A stretch of DNA of 64,000 nucleotides from Verrucomicrobiota bacterium (GTDB lineage: Bacteria > Verrucomicrobiota > Verrucomicrobiia > Limisphaerales > CANJXF01): positions 6,818-70,817 of the forward strand of contig JAYVSV010000029.1 of NCBI GenBank assembly GCA_043775015.1. Direction: 5' to 3'. The position numbers were made by a program, and so were the translations under genes. The notes below the pieces were generated by a model. It saw nothing but the letters and a program-made list of their open reading frames with translations. It was not told where the DNA came from and searched no databases. Shown here piece after piece: positions 19,418 through 28,890 of this stretch (its first letter is position 1; each line of letters starts with the position of its first letter).

Positions 19418-20272
19418 ATGCAAATGAGAACGAGTCTGACTATTTTGCTGCTGGCCGCACGGAGCTTATGTGGAGCGGAGCCGGAAGACGTTGTTTTCAA
19501 ATCCAAGCTCGACGGCTCAGAGCAGCGTTATGTGGAACTGCTACCACCAGAATTCGACGATGCCAGACCCCATGATGTTATGCTTGCCTTCCATGGACAT
19601 GGTTCGGATCGCTGGCAGTTCATCAAGGATGCGAGAGGCGAATGCCGCGGGGTACGCGATGTGGCCGCGCGGTTCGGGCTGATTCTAATTTCTCCAGACT
19701 ATCGCGCAAAGACCTCATGGATGGGGCCGAAAGCCGAGGCCGATGTCCTACAGATCATCGCAGAATTAAAACAGCGCCATAAGGTTGGTCGCGTCTTTCT
19801 GGTGGGAGGTTCCATGGGTGGGACCGCAGTGTTGACTTTCACTGCGCTCCATTCCGAACTCATCACTGGCGTTTGCAGCCTGAACGGCACGGCCAACCTG
19901 ATCGAGTATGAAAAATTCCAGGAAGCCATTGGCGAGTCGTTCGGTGGCACGAAGTTGGAAGTGCCCGATGAATACAAGAAACGCAGCGCCGAGTTCTGGC
20001 TGGAGAAATTCACGATGCCAGTTGCTTTCACCACCGGAGGCAAAGACGAACTCGTGCCACCGCAGAGCGTCCTTCGGCTTGCGGGCAAGCTCAAGGTAGC
20101 AGGCCGTAAAGTACTCAGTATTCATCGTGAAACCGGCGGCCATTCGACAACCTATGAGGACACCTGCACCGCGATCGAGTTCATCCTGCACCAGACCGGC
20201 GGCGCGACCACACCCCTGAATGGAAAACGCGCTTCCGTTCCCAAACCGACCAACGTTAAAAATTTGAAGTGA
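19418..20272 (+). CDS. Secreted alpha/beta hydrolase (esterase/S9 peptidase-like)
   Basis: FHGHG, GGSMGG nucleophile elbow, GGKDELVP (Asp) and GGH (His). Confidence 0.85.
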   Translation: MQMRTSLTILLLAARSLCGAEPEDVVFKSKLDGSEQRYVELLPPEFDDARPHDVMLAFHGHGSDRWQFIKDARGECRGVRDVAARFGLILISPDYRAKTSWMGPKAEADVLQIIAELKQRHKVGRVFLVGGSMGGTAVLTFTALHSELITGVCSLNGTANLIEYEKFQEAIGESFGGTKLEVPDEYKKRSAEFWLEKFTMPVAFTTGGKDELVPPQSVLRLAGKLKVAGRKVLSIHRETGGHSTTYEDTCTAIEFILHQTGGATTPLNGKRASVPKPTNVKNLK

Positions 20273-20305
20273 ACTCCCGGGCCACTTTCAGTTAATTTCG
20301 TCGCA

Positions 20306-21385
20306 ATGAAACGCAAACGTTGGCGTGTCGCCGGGATTAACTTCGACCATTTTCACATGGGCGACTTGCTTCGCTTCACCCGAGAACATCCGCACGCTGA
20401 GATTGTTGGCATCTCGGATGAACAACCTGAACGGATGGAAGAAGTGATTGGCAAATTGGGTATTCCACGGGAACGAAGTTTTACCGACCACCGCTCCTGC
20501 CTGGAACAAACAAAACCGGACATCGTCCTCCTTTGCCCGGCGGCTGCGCGGCATGGGGAGTGGGTCAGGAAAGTTGCGCCCTTCGATGTTCACATCGTGG
20601 TGGAAAAGCCGTTTGCGGGTTCATCGAAGGAAGCAGACGCGATGGTTCACGCCATGGCTCCCGGCAAAACCTTAATGATCAACTGGCCTGCGCAATGGGA
20701 TGCCGGTCATCAACTAGCCTATGAGATGATTGAGCAAGGGCGAATTGGAGAGGTGCTGAATGTTTGGTACTTTGGCGGCAACCGCGGGCCGCTTCTTCAT
20801 GGTGCAGACAAGGCAAAGAAGGCCCCAGGCCCGGTGGAGAAATCTCGTTCCTGGTTTTACAATAAAAAAGCCGGTGGAGGTTCGTTGCTGGATTATCTGG
20901 GATACGGCACGACCCTCGGCACCTGGTACCAAGGAGGTCGCCGCCCGATCGAAGTTACTGCGATGACAGATGGGCCTCCGGGACTGGAGGTGGACGAACA
21001 TAGCGTTGTCATTGCTCGTTACGCTCATGGTTTGTCAAAATTTGAAACGCGTTGGGGAACTTTCACTGACCCTTGGACCATCCAGCCCCAACCCAAGTGC
21101 GGATTTATCGTTGCTGGCACGGAAGGCACTTTGAGCAGCTACGGCCACGAGAAGCTAGTCACGTTGCAAACCCGCTCAAAGCCGAAACTGCATCCGATCC
21201 CGGTAAGTGCAACCAAGGCTCCGATTCAAAATCCAGTTCAATATCTGATTCATTGCCTTGAGCACAACCAACCTCTGAAAGGTCCGGTCTCCTTATCGAT
21301 CAGCCGTATTGGACAGGAGATTGTGGACGCCGCCGTTAAAAGCGCGCGGCTCAAACGAACCGTCCAGCTAGAAGTCATCTCATGA
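20306..21385 (+). CDS. Gfo/Idh/MocA family oxidoreductase
   Basis: Rossmann N-terminus, VEKP motif and GGGSLLDYLGYG. Confidence 0.9.
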   Translation: MKRKRWRVAGINFDHFHMGDLLRFTREHPHAEIVGISDEQPERMEEVIGKLGIPRERSFTDHRSCLEQTKPDIVLLCPAAARHGEWVRKVAPFDVHIVVEKPFAGSSKEADAMVHAMAPGKTLMINWPAQWDAGHQLAYEMIEQGRIGEVLNVWYFGGNRGPLLHGADKAKKAPGPVEKSRSWFYNKKAGGGSLLDYLGYGTTLGTWYQGGRRPIEVTAMTDGPPGLEVDEHSVVIARYAHGLSKFETRWGTFTDPWTIQPQPKCGFIVAGTEGTLSSYGHEKLVTLQTRSKPKLHPIPVSATKAPIQNPVQYLIHCLEHNQPLKGPVSLSISRIGQEIVDAAVKSARLKRTVQLEVIS

Positions 21386-21455
21386 ATAGTAGCGGAGCGC
21401 AGCGTTCATATCCCGCGCCCGGATATTTATGAGATAAGTTCTAGCAGGACAAAAT

Positions 21456-22034
21456 TTAGGAGCCGGCTTTCTTCAATGCGTCCAGCTTTGCCTTCGCCTC
21501 TCGAATCAGAAATTTGAATTCGGCCAATTGCTCCAAAGGTAAAACGATTTTACCGCCCGCAGGTTGATAAGCTGTTTGGATCGCGGTTTGAAGCGTGCCC
21601 GGTTGACGATTGGTGCTGAACGCAAGAACTCTAAAATCCGCTCTCGTTCGGTAAATCGCGTGAAAATTTGGCAGCGATGTAACGGTTACCTCAACTTTAC
21701 TCACATATTCGATTCCATCCAAAAACGAATCCAACTCGTCGTAATCAATAACGATCCGGTATTCCGCGAGGTTTTCCTCTTTGATGCCGATAGAAATTCC
21801 ATATTCCTTCTGACCGCTGGCAACATCCGCAGATTCCTTAAACGCCACGGAGATGACCGCCGTTTTCGCCGTGATCGTGCCGATCAACGCGTAAGCTTTG
21901 ACGATCACTTTGCCAACCTGATTTTCAAATGCCTCCAGCTTTGTGTAGAGCGTGATGACGTTGGTATCTTCCGCGCGGCCAACCAGCGCCGAGCCACTTG
22001 CCAACAGGACGAATACAATATTTTTTAAGCGCAT
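21456..22034 (-). CDS. Hypothetical secreted protein
   Basis: 192-aa ORF with a signal peptide and an AAAGGAAA RBS. Confidence 0.7.
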   Translation of the reverse strand: MRLKNIVFVLLASGSALVGRAEDTNVITLYTKLEAFENQVGKVIVKAYALIGTITAKTAVISVAFKESADVASGQKEYGISIGIKEENLAEYRIVIDYDELDSFLDGIEYVSKVEVTVTSLPNFHAIYRTRADFRVLAFSTNRQPGTLQTAIQTAYQPAGGKIVLPLEQLAEFKFLIREAKAKLDALKKAGS

Positions 22035-22213
22035 GATGATTTTCCTTTTCTCGATTTTTTTGAGGTGTTCGATCTAAACAAACTTCTCGTTTCGAAACCA
22101 TGGGTCATCAGCTTTTGACGGCGCCCACCAGAATGCATTCACTCGAATCTGCAAGGTGAGCGCTATCCCCGTCGTTACCCCCGACCTTAGTGGCTCGCGC
22201 AAAAGAAACGAAC

Positions 22214-22240
22214 CAAATGCGATCGTGTGAATCGCATTTG
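22214..22240 (-). terminator. Probable intrinsic terminator downstream of the old-yellow-enzyme gene
   Basis: CAAATGCGAT-N7-ATCGCATTTG perfect 10-bp stem, followed on the - strand by GTTCGTTTCTTTT. Confidence 0.55.
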
Positions 22241-22272
22241 TGTCATAGAGATCGCAGGTCCTCGCGTGTGTT

Positions 22273-23343
22273 CTACGCCATTTGCAGGGAAGATTTCAGG
22301 AAAGGATAATCGGTGTAACCTTTGGCTCCGTCCGCATAGAACGTGGAAGAATCGTAATCGTTCAAGGGCGCGTTTCCTTTGAAACGTTCCGGCAAATCTG
22401 GATTGGAAATATACTGCTTTCCGAACGCAAACGCGTCGGCTTCGCCTGCGGCCAAAACTTGTTCGGCAGATGCTTTGCTGAATTTTTCATTGGCAACCCA
22501 GACTCCGCCAAACGCCGCCTTTAGTTGCGGACCGAGTCGCCCTTCTCCCAAAGATTCTCGCGCGCAGATAAACGCGATGCGGCGTTTACCAAGCTCGCTC
22601 GCCACATAACCGAAAGTTGCTGCCGCGTTGGCATCGCCCATGTCATGCGCGTCACCTCGTGGCACCAGATGCATCCCCACCCGACCCCTGCCCCAAACTG
22701 ATACCACCGCGTCGGTCACTTCGAGCATCAGCCGGGCGCGATTCTCAACCGGTCCGCCGTATTGGTCGCTGCGGCGGTTCGTCTTGTCCTGCAAAAATTG
22801 ATCCAGCAGATAACCATTCGCGCCGTGAATTTCCACGCCGTCGAAACCGGCGCGCATGGCATTCTCCGCTCCCTTCCGGTATTCCTCAATGATGCCGGGA
22901 ATCTCAGCCGTCTCCAAAGCTCGTGGCGTGACAAACTCTTTCTTTGGGCGAACCAGGCTCACATGTCCGGCGGCCGCAATCGCACTCGGAGCAACCGGCC
23001 ATTGGCCATCGAGATAGATCGGGTCGGAAATACGTCCCACGTGCCAGAGTTGCAGCAGCATTCGCCCGCCCGCACAATGCACCGCCTCGGTGATCGCGCG
23101 CCACCCGTTGACTTGTGCCTCCGACCAGATGCCCGGCGTATTCGGGTAGCCCACGCCCATCGGCGAAATCGAAGTCGCCTCGCTAAAAATCAAACCCGCC
23201 GAGGCACGTTGGGTGTAGTACTCGGCCATCAGCGCATTCGGCACACGCCCTTCGCTGGAGCGACAACGTGTGAGCGGCGCCATGAAAATGCGATTCGGCA
23301 AATGCAGGTCACCGACGGTGATTGGGTCAAATAAGGTTGGCAT
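22273..23343 (-). CDS. nemA: Old yellow enzyme / alkene reductase (NemA-like)
   Basis: MAPLTR, YYTQRASAG, QLWHVGR, EIHGANGYLLDQF and GYTDYP motifs. Confidence 0.9.
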   Translation of the reverse strand: MPTLFDPITVGDLHLPNRIFMAPLTRCRSSEGRVPNALMAEYYTQRASAGLIFSEATSISPMGVGYPNTPGIWSEAQVNGWRAITEAVHCAGGRMLLQLWHVGRISDPIYLDGQWPVAPSAIAAAGHVSLVRPKKEFVTPRALETAEIPGIIEEYRKGAENAMRAGFDGVEIHGANGYLLDQFLQDKTNRRSDQYGGPVENRARLMLEVTDAVVSVWGRGRVGMHLVPRGDAHDMGDANAAATFGYVASELGKRRIAFICARESLGEGRLGPQLKAAFGGVWVANEKFSKASAEQVLAAGEADAFAFGKQYISNPDLPERFKGNAPLNDYDSSTFYADGAKGYTDYPFLKSSLQMA

Positions 23344-23453
23344 AAATAAAATAATATTATTCCGTCTGCGCGCAACTTAGACGACGCGTAAAATGTGTCA
23401 AATACGGGCTGTGGTGATTTTCAGACGAACGGCTATCGGGTTGGTGAAACAAA

Positions 23454-25340
23454 TTAGAGTTCAACCTGCATACCCAATTCCACCACGCGGTTGGGAGGCA
23501 GTCTGAAAAACGACGCAGCACTCGAGGCATTTCTGGACATCACCGCGAAAAGACCTTCTCTCCAAAGCGCCATGCCACGAGCCGGGCCGGGAATAAGCGT
23601 TTCCTTGCTCAAGAAAAAGGTGATTTGTTCCGGCTTCATCTCCAAGCCATACTCAGCCGTTCGTTGCAACAACTTTGGAATATCTCGCTCTTCCATGAAG
23701 CCGTAGTGGCCTACCACTTTGTGAAACCCATCCTGCAGCGACTCCACTTCAATGCGCCTTTCCTCTTCCACATAAGGAATGTCGTGCGAGACCACCGTCA
23801 AAAACACGACGCGTTCATGAAGAACTTTGTTGTGTTTCAAATTGTGCAACAGCGCGAGGGGTGTTGCGCCCAATCTCCCGGCTAAGAAGATGGCGGTACC
23901 CTTCACGCGCGCGGGAGGATGTAATTTCAAGTTCTCCATGACAAACGGCAACGGGAGGGTCGAATCCCGCAAGCGTTCCGCCAGGATGCGACGCCCGGAT
24001 TTCCAGGTCGTGAGGAATGTAAAAATAACGAGACCAACAACCAGCGGGAACCACCCGCCGTGAAACACCTTCAAACCGTTGGCCGCCAGGAACGCGCATT
24101 CCACGATCAGGAATGGAACGCACGTCAGCAACGCCCTCGGCCTTGCCCAATTCCAAAGGCGGCGTGCCGCGAAATAAAAGAGCAGCGTGGTGATCACCAT
24201 GGTCATGCTCACAGCGATTCCATACGCCGCCGCCAAATTGCTGGATGAGCGGAATCCCACGACCAAGGCAATGCAGGCCAGCATCAACACCCAATTCAAA
24301 TGTCCGATGTAAATCTGGCCTTTCTCCATGGATGAAGTGTGCTCGATTCTGAGACGTGGAAAGTAGCCGAGCTGGACCGCCTGCATGGTCAGGGAGAACG
24401 CGCCTGAAATCAAAGCCTGCGACGCGATGACGGCGGCACAAGCAGCCAATGCAACCAAAGGATAGAGCATCCAGGTTGGCGCGAGTTTGAAAAAGGGATT
24501 CGCTGCCGCAGACGGATCGACGAGCAGCAAAGCACCTTGTCCAAAGTAATTTAAAACCAGCGAGGGCAGGACCAGCCCAAACCAGGCGAGGCGAATCGAT
24601 TTTTTTCCAAAATGTCCCATATCGGCGTAGAGCGCTTCAGCTCCAGTTGCCACGAGGAACACCGCACCGAGAACGAGAAATCCTTTTCCACCATTTTCGG
24701 AGAGAAATCTAAGTCCATGCATCGGGTTCAAAGCCGAGAGCACGGGTGGGTAGCCGGCTATCCCTTTGATTCCGAGTGCGGCAATGACGAGGAACCAGAC
24801 CAAGGTCACGATTCCAAAAACATTTCCAATTTTAGCCGAGCCAAATCGTTGGACGGAAAATAGTCCAATTAAAATACCAACGGTGATTGGTATGATGTAA
24901 GGCTCGAAAAATGAAGTGGCGACGTTCAAGCCTTCTACCGCGCTCAAAACTGAAATCGCAGGTGTAATCATGCCATCACCGTAGAGGAGCGCGGTTCCAA
25001 AGATGCCCAGGAGAATCATGCATCTTCGAGTCCGGTTCATCGGAGTCGCGTTCTCAGGAAAAGCCAGGGAGAGCAACGCGAGGATACCGCCTTCGCCTTT
25101 GTTATCGGCGCGCAGAATCAATCCAAGATACTTGATCGACACAATCGTAATGAGAGACCAAACGATGAGCGACAGCACGCCAAGGATATTGTCTCTACTC
25201 GCTTCGATGCCATGCGCGCCGTGAAAACATTCCTTCAAAGCGTAAAGAGGGCTTGTGCCGATGTCTCCGTAAACCACCCCGAGCGCTCCAAGGCAAAGGA
25301 TTAATAAAGGGCTGCGTCCGGCCGTTGCTTTCTGTGTCAT
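23454..25340 (-). CDS. kup: KUP/HAK/KT potassium transporter
   Basis: GVVYGDIGTSPLY, ADNKGEGG, GAEALYADMGHFG and RVVELGMQVEL. Confidence 0.97.
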   Translation of the reverse strand: MTQKATAGRSPLLILCLGALGVVYGDIGTSPLYALKECFHGAHGIEASRDNILGVLSLIVWSLITIVSIKYLGLILRADNKGEGGILALLSLAFPENATPMNRTRRCMILLGIFGTALLYGDGMITPAISVLSAVEGLNVATSFFEPYIIPITVGILIGLFSVQRFGSAKIGNVFGIVTLVWFLVIAALGIKGIAGYPPVLSALNPMHGLRFLSENGGKGFLVLGAVFLVATGAEALYADMGHFGKKSIRLAWFGLVLPSLVLNYFGQGALLLVDPSAAANPFFKLAPTWMLYPLVALAACAAVIASQALISGAFSLTMQAVQLGYFPRLRIEHTSSMEKGQIYIGHLNWVLMLACIALVVGFRSSSNLAAAYGIAVSMTMVITTLLFYFAARRLWNWARPRALLTCVPFLIVECAFLAANGLKVFHGGWFPLVVGLVIFTFLTTWKSGRRILAERLRDSTLPLPFVMENLKLHPPARVKGTAIFLAGRLGATPLALLHNLKHNKVLHERVVFLTVVSHDIPYVEEERRIEVESLQDGFHKVVGHYGFMEERDIPKLLQRTAEYGLEMKPEQITFFLSKETLIPGPARGMALWREGLFAVMSRNASSAASFFRLPPNRVVELGMQVEL

Positions 25341-25389
25341 AAAAACTTATTTGACCCGATCAAAATTGATCTGCGTCAGGCATGAAGAA

Positions 25390-26244
25390 TCAGGCTGGCT
25401 TTTCAAGCTGGCAGCGGAGACGGGAAATATTTTGATCAATGCGATCGATGTAATCATTTCCCCCGTCGGGATAGGGGTCATTCAGGAACCGATGCACTCC
25501 TTGAAACTCGTTTTCAATTTTTTTGCGAACATATTTCTCCCAAAACAAAGGAGTTTTTTTAAGCAACTCTTCCGGGCTATGGAATAACTGGGCGGCGGGC
25601 CTTTTGCCGGGATCAAAACGCTCGGCTTCGGCAAATTCGGAATACAAGACCGGCAATTTCTCGACGTAATCTTTGGCCGCCATCTGCCCAAGCAAATCCG
25701 ACGTGCCCAGGGCAAATCCGACGCGGCGCTCCACGTCGCTTTGAAATGGAATGGCGGACAAATCAAGATTTAGTCCCGTGCAACGAATCATGTTTTGCAC
25801 TGATTTAATTTCGAGTGGCGAAAATAATTTCTCTGCTAGAAGTTCTGCCGCGAAGCCAATGCTGCGATCGACATGAATCAAGGTGTACTTCGCACCGGTC
25901 CCTTCGTGATCGTCTCTCGTTTTAAGATAGCCGGTATCATGCAGCAAAATGGCGATGATCCCCAGCTCGAAAATGCGCTGAGTCAAAATGGGTTGCGGCT
26001 TGGCGAGTGACCAACCACGAAGCAGGCGCGCCATGCAAAGCGTTCCTTGCAAGGTGTGTTCCAGATCGTGATAGCAAGCGTCAATGGGTTGGTAATCGCG
26101 ATAGTTACCAGTGAAACAAGCGTGCGCCCAATCAAAAACGTCCGGCACGAACGACTCGTTGCCATGAGGAAAAATGGTTTGATAAATGGTCTGAACCTCC
26201 TGTTGAACCAGGACGATTTGCTTTGTGTCTATCTCGACAGGCAT
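25390..26244 (-). CDS. HD-superfamily metal-dependent phosphohydrolase
   Basis: YHDLEH...LLHDTGY...HV.RS...SDLLGQ metal ligands. Confidence 0.8.
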   Translation of the reverse strand: MPVEIDTKQIVLVQQEVQTIYQTIFPHGNESFVPDVFDWAHACFTGNYRDYQPIDACYHDLEHTLQGTLCMARLLRGWSLAKPQPILTQRIFELGIIAILLHDTGYLKTRDDHEGTGAKYTLIHVDRSIGFAAELLAEKLFSPLEIKSVQNMIRCTGLNLDLSAIPFQSDVERRVGFALGTSDLLGQMAAKDYVEKLPVLYSEFAEAERFDPGKRPAAQLFHSPEELLKKTPLFWEKYVRKKIENEFQGVHRFLNDPYPDGGNDYIDRIDQNISRLRCQLEKPA

Positions 26245-26399
26245 CCCCTTTGAAGTTAAGCAATCCGTCCCAAATTGCACGCGTAATTTCTGGTCTGGTG
26301 GAAAACGTCTTTTGCGCGCTTGCGGCTATTTCGTTTACAAGCTGCATTGAATGTTTGGCATTTGTGAGTTACAGATTCCGCGCCTGAAGAAATAAACTC

Positions 26400-28277
26400 A
26401 TGTCACGACACCCGATTCGCTCAGCTCAATCCGATCCTTCGATCAAATCAAAATCGCGCTCCACGTGGGAAATCGTCCGCCGCGTTTCTGTTTACATCAA
26501 GCCGTATAAATTGATGGCTTTGGGAACGATTTCATGTGCTTTGCTGTCGCTCGGTTTTTCCTTTGCCTACCCGAAACTCACGCAATTCGTCATTGATGAA
26601 GCGATTGGGAAAAAGCAGATTTCAGCCTTAATGCCCGCCATGCTGGGATTGCTCGGCGCGTTTTTTCTGCGCGATTTGTTTAACAGCATTCGTATCCGCA
26701 TCAACAATACATTTGAGCAAAATGTTATTTTCGACATGCGCCGTGAGGTTTATGCGCGCTTGCAACGGTTGCCGGTAAATTATTTTGACCAGCGCGCTTC
26801 CGGCGACCTGATGACGCGCGTCATCGAAGATGTGAACTCCGTTGAGCGCCTGCTGATCGATGGGACTGAACAAGGCACGGTCGCGGTAATATCCATCATC
26901 GGCTTTCTCACGATGCTGTTTTTCATCAACCCAACGCTCACCTGGGTCGCGCTCAGTCCGTTACCGATTCTGGGAGGCGGCGCGCTTTGGTACACCTTGA
27001 CCGCGCATCGACGGTATCGCTCTCAACGCGAAGCTTCCAGTGCGATGAACTCATTGCTTATGGATAGTTTACAAGGGGTGCGCCAGATCAAATCGTTCGC
27101 GCGTGAATCGCATGAAGATGCGCGGTTCGCCGATCGCGCGAATGATCTCCGCACCGGAACTCTCGGCGTGATGCGCGTCTGGGCTTTGTATTCTCCAGCC
27201 ATGAGTTTCGCCGCCGCGCTCGGCATGGGTTTGGTTTTGTGGGTCGGCGGCAGACACGTCATCGCCGGAACAATGACGCTCGGACAGCTCATTGCCTTTC
27301 TGTTTTTGCTCGCGCTCTTTTACGATCCGATTCGAAGTTTGCACGGTCTCAATCAAATCCTCCAAGCCGCGCGCGCGGGTGGCGAGCGGGTGTTTGATAT
27401 TCTCGATGCGCCGACCGAGCGAAACAGAGCGCTGCCGAAATTAGGTCGGCAGGATAATTTCGCAGCGACTGATTCTGCCGGATCGACGAGGGCAGCAATG
27501 TGGCATCCGCGCGGCGAAGTGGTTTATGAAAACGTCAGCTTCAGTTACGGCGAGAATAAATCGGTGCTGCGAAATATTTCCTTGCACGCGAAACCGGGCG
27601 AAATGATCGCGCTGGTCGGGCCAACCGGCGCCGGCAAATCGACTCTCGTTAATTTACTCCCGGAATTTTATCAGACGACTTCCGGCCAGATCACCATCGA
27701 CGGCAAGGATATTGCGGAAATTTCTCTGGAATCGTTGCGGGCGCAGATCAGCGTCGTTTCGCAGGAGGCGTTTCTTTTTAACGGAACAGTTCGCGAAAAC
27801 ATTCTCTACGGAAAGCTCGATGCCACCGATGACGAACTTTTCGCCGCAGCTCGCGCCGCCAATTGCCATGAGTTCATTACGCATCTGCCGAACGGATACG
27901 ATTCACGCGTCGGAGAACGGGGGGTGAAATTGAGTGTCGGCGAAAAACAGCGAGTCAGCATCGCGCGTGCGCTTCTTAAAAACTCGCCGATTCTGATTTT
28001 GGATGAAGCCACCGCGAGCGTGGACACGGCAACAGAAAAATTAATCCAGGAAGCACTCGAACGATTGATGGCCAATCGTACGAGTTTCGTGATCGCCCAT
28101 CGTCTCAGCACAATTCGAAATGCCGACCAGATTCTCGTCATGCGTCACGGCGAAATCATCGAGCGCGGCCCGCACCAAATGTTGATTGAACAAAACGGTC
28201 TTTACGCCAAGTTGGCGCGAATTCAAAATACTACCTTCATCGAGGAGGGCTTCGAGAAACTTTCCGCTGTGCCATGA
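26400..28277 (+). CDS. ABC exporter, fused permease/ATPase (MsbA/MdlB-like)
   Basis: N-terminal TMD, GPTGAGKST, LSVGEKQR, ILDEATAS and IAHRLST. Confidence 0.95.
   Translation: MSRHPIRSAQSDPSIKSKSRSTWEIVRRVSVYIKPYKLMALGTISCALLSLGFSFAYPKLTQFVIDEAIGKKQISALMPAMLGLLGAFFLRDLFNSIRIRINNTFEQNVIFDMRREVYARLQRLPVNYFDQRASGDLMTRVIEDVNSVERLLIDGTEQGTVAVISIIGFLTMLFFINPTLTWVALSPLPILGGGALWYTLTAHRRYRSQREASSAMNSLLMDSLQGVRQIKSFARESHEDARFADRANDLRTGTLGVMRVWALYSPAMSFAAALGMGLVLWVGGRHVIAGTMTLGQLIAFLFLLALFYDPIRSLHGLNQILQAARAGGERVFDILDAPTERNRALPKLGRQDNFAATDSAGSTRAAMWHPRGEVVYENVSFSYGENKSVLRNISLHAKPGEMIALVGPTGAGKSTLVNLLPEFYQTTSGQITIDGKDIAEISLESLRAQISVVSQEAFLFNGTVRENILYGKLDATDDELFAAARAANCHEFITHLPNGYDSRVGERGVKLSVGEKQRVSIARALLKNSPILILDEATASVDTATEKLIQEALERLMANRTSFVIAHRLSTIRNADQILVMRHGEIIERGPHQMLIEQNGLYAKLARIQNTTFIEEGFEKLSAVP
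27428..27499. repeat. Decayed REPIN-like inverted repeat in the ABC transporter TMD-NBD linker
   Basis: AGCGCTGCCGAAATTAGGTCGGCAG ... CTGCCGGATCGACGAGGGCAGCAAT. Each arm keeps CTGCC..GGCAG self-complementarity; about 14/25 inverted identity. Confidence 0.5.
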
Positions 28278-28359
28278 TTAATCTGGGAGCCGGATAAATT
28301 AACAGTGTTCATGGGTGTCGTGATGAATGAGGTCAGAAGCGGATTACTCATTTCTCCAC

Positions 28360-28388
28360 TTGCCAAGGAAGAATCCGATTCTTAAGTT
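28360..28388 (+). promoter_or_regulatory. Sigma70-like promoter for nuoA (probably leaderless)
   Basis: TTGCCA-N17-TAAGTT ending 6 nt before the ATG; no SD sequence. Confidence 0.5.
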
Positions 28389-28394
28389 CCCTCC

Positions 28395-28790
28395 ATGGAT
28401 TCGCAGTTAGCTCAATACATTCCAGTCCTGATTCTTGGCCTCGTCGCGCTGGCTTTTGCCGGTGGCACCCTGGTCATGTCCACGTTGATCGGAAAATGGG
28501 CGAACAAAAATCGTCGCGATACCAAAATTAAAAATACGCCGTACGAATGCGGCATGTTACCGGTCGGCGAAGGGAACACCCGTCTTTCGATCAAGTTCTA
28601 CCTCGTGGCCATGCTGTTTATTCTTTTTGATATTGAAGTCGTGTTTCTTTTCCCGTGGGCCGTGGTCTATCGCCAGATGCTCGTTGAAAACGCGAACTTG
28701 ATTTTTGGTTCCATGATTTCATTTTTGGGAATTCTGTTCGTCGGCTATATCTACGCTTTGAAGAAACGTGCGTTTGATTGGAAGAGTTGA
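28395..28790 (+). CDS. nuoA: NADH-quinone oxidoreductase subunit A
   Basis: K..PYECG, KFYLVAMLFILFDIEVVFLFPWA and C-terminal FDW. Confidence 0.97.
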   Translation: MDSQLAQYIPVLILGLVALAFAGGTLVMSTLIGKWANKNRRDTKIKNTPYECGMLPVGEGNTRLSIKFYLVAMLFILFDIEVVFLFPWAVVYRQMLVENANLIFGSMISFLGILFVGYIYALKKRAFDWKS

Positions 28791-28890
28791 TTCGCCCCCG
28801 CGTGACGAATCACGCTCGCTCGAAAATTTAATTGAATTCCCGATGGCGTAAAAAACCGCCTTCTGCAAAATTCTAGCGCAGGAACAAATT

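Noticed and set aside
22102-22187. Fluoride or ZTP riboswitch
   Set aside because: GCTGATGAC matches the fluoride 3' motif but the 5' GGCGATGG..TCGCC is missing. The ZTP elements TGACTGGCG and CGCCTGGGC are absent.
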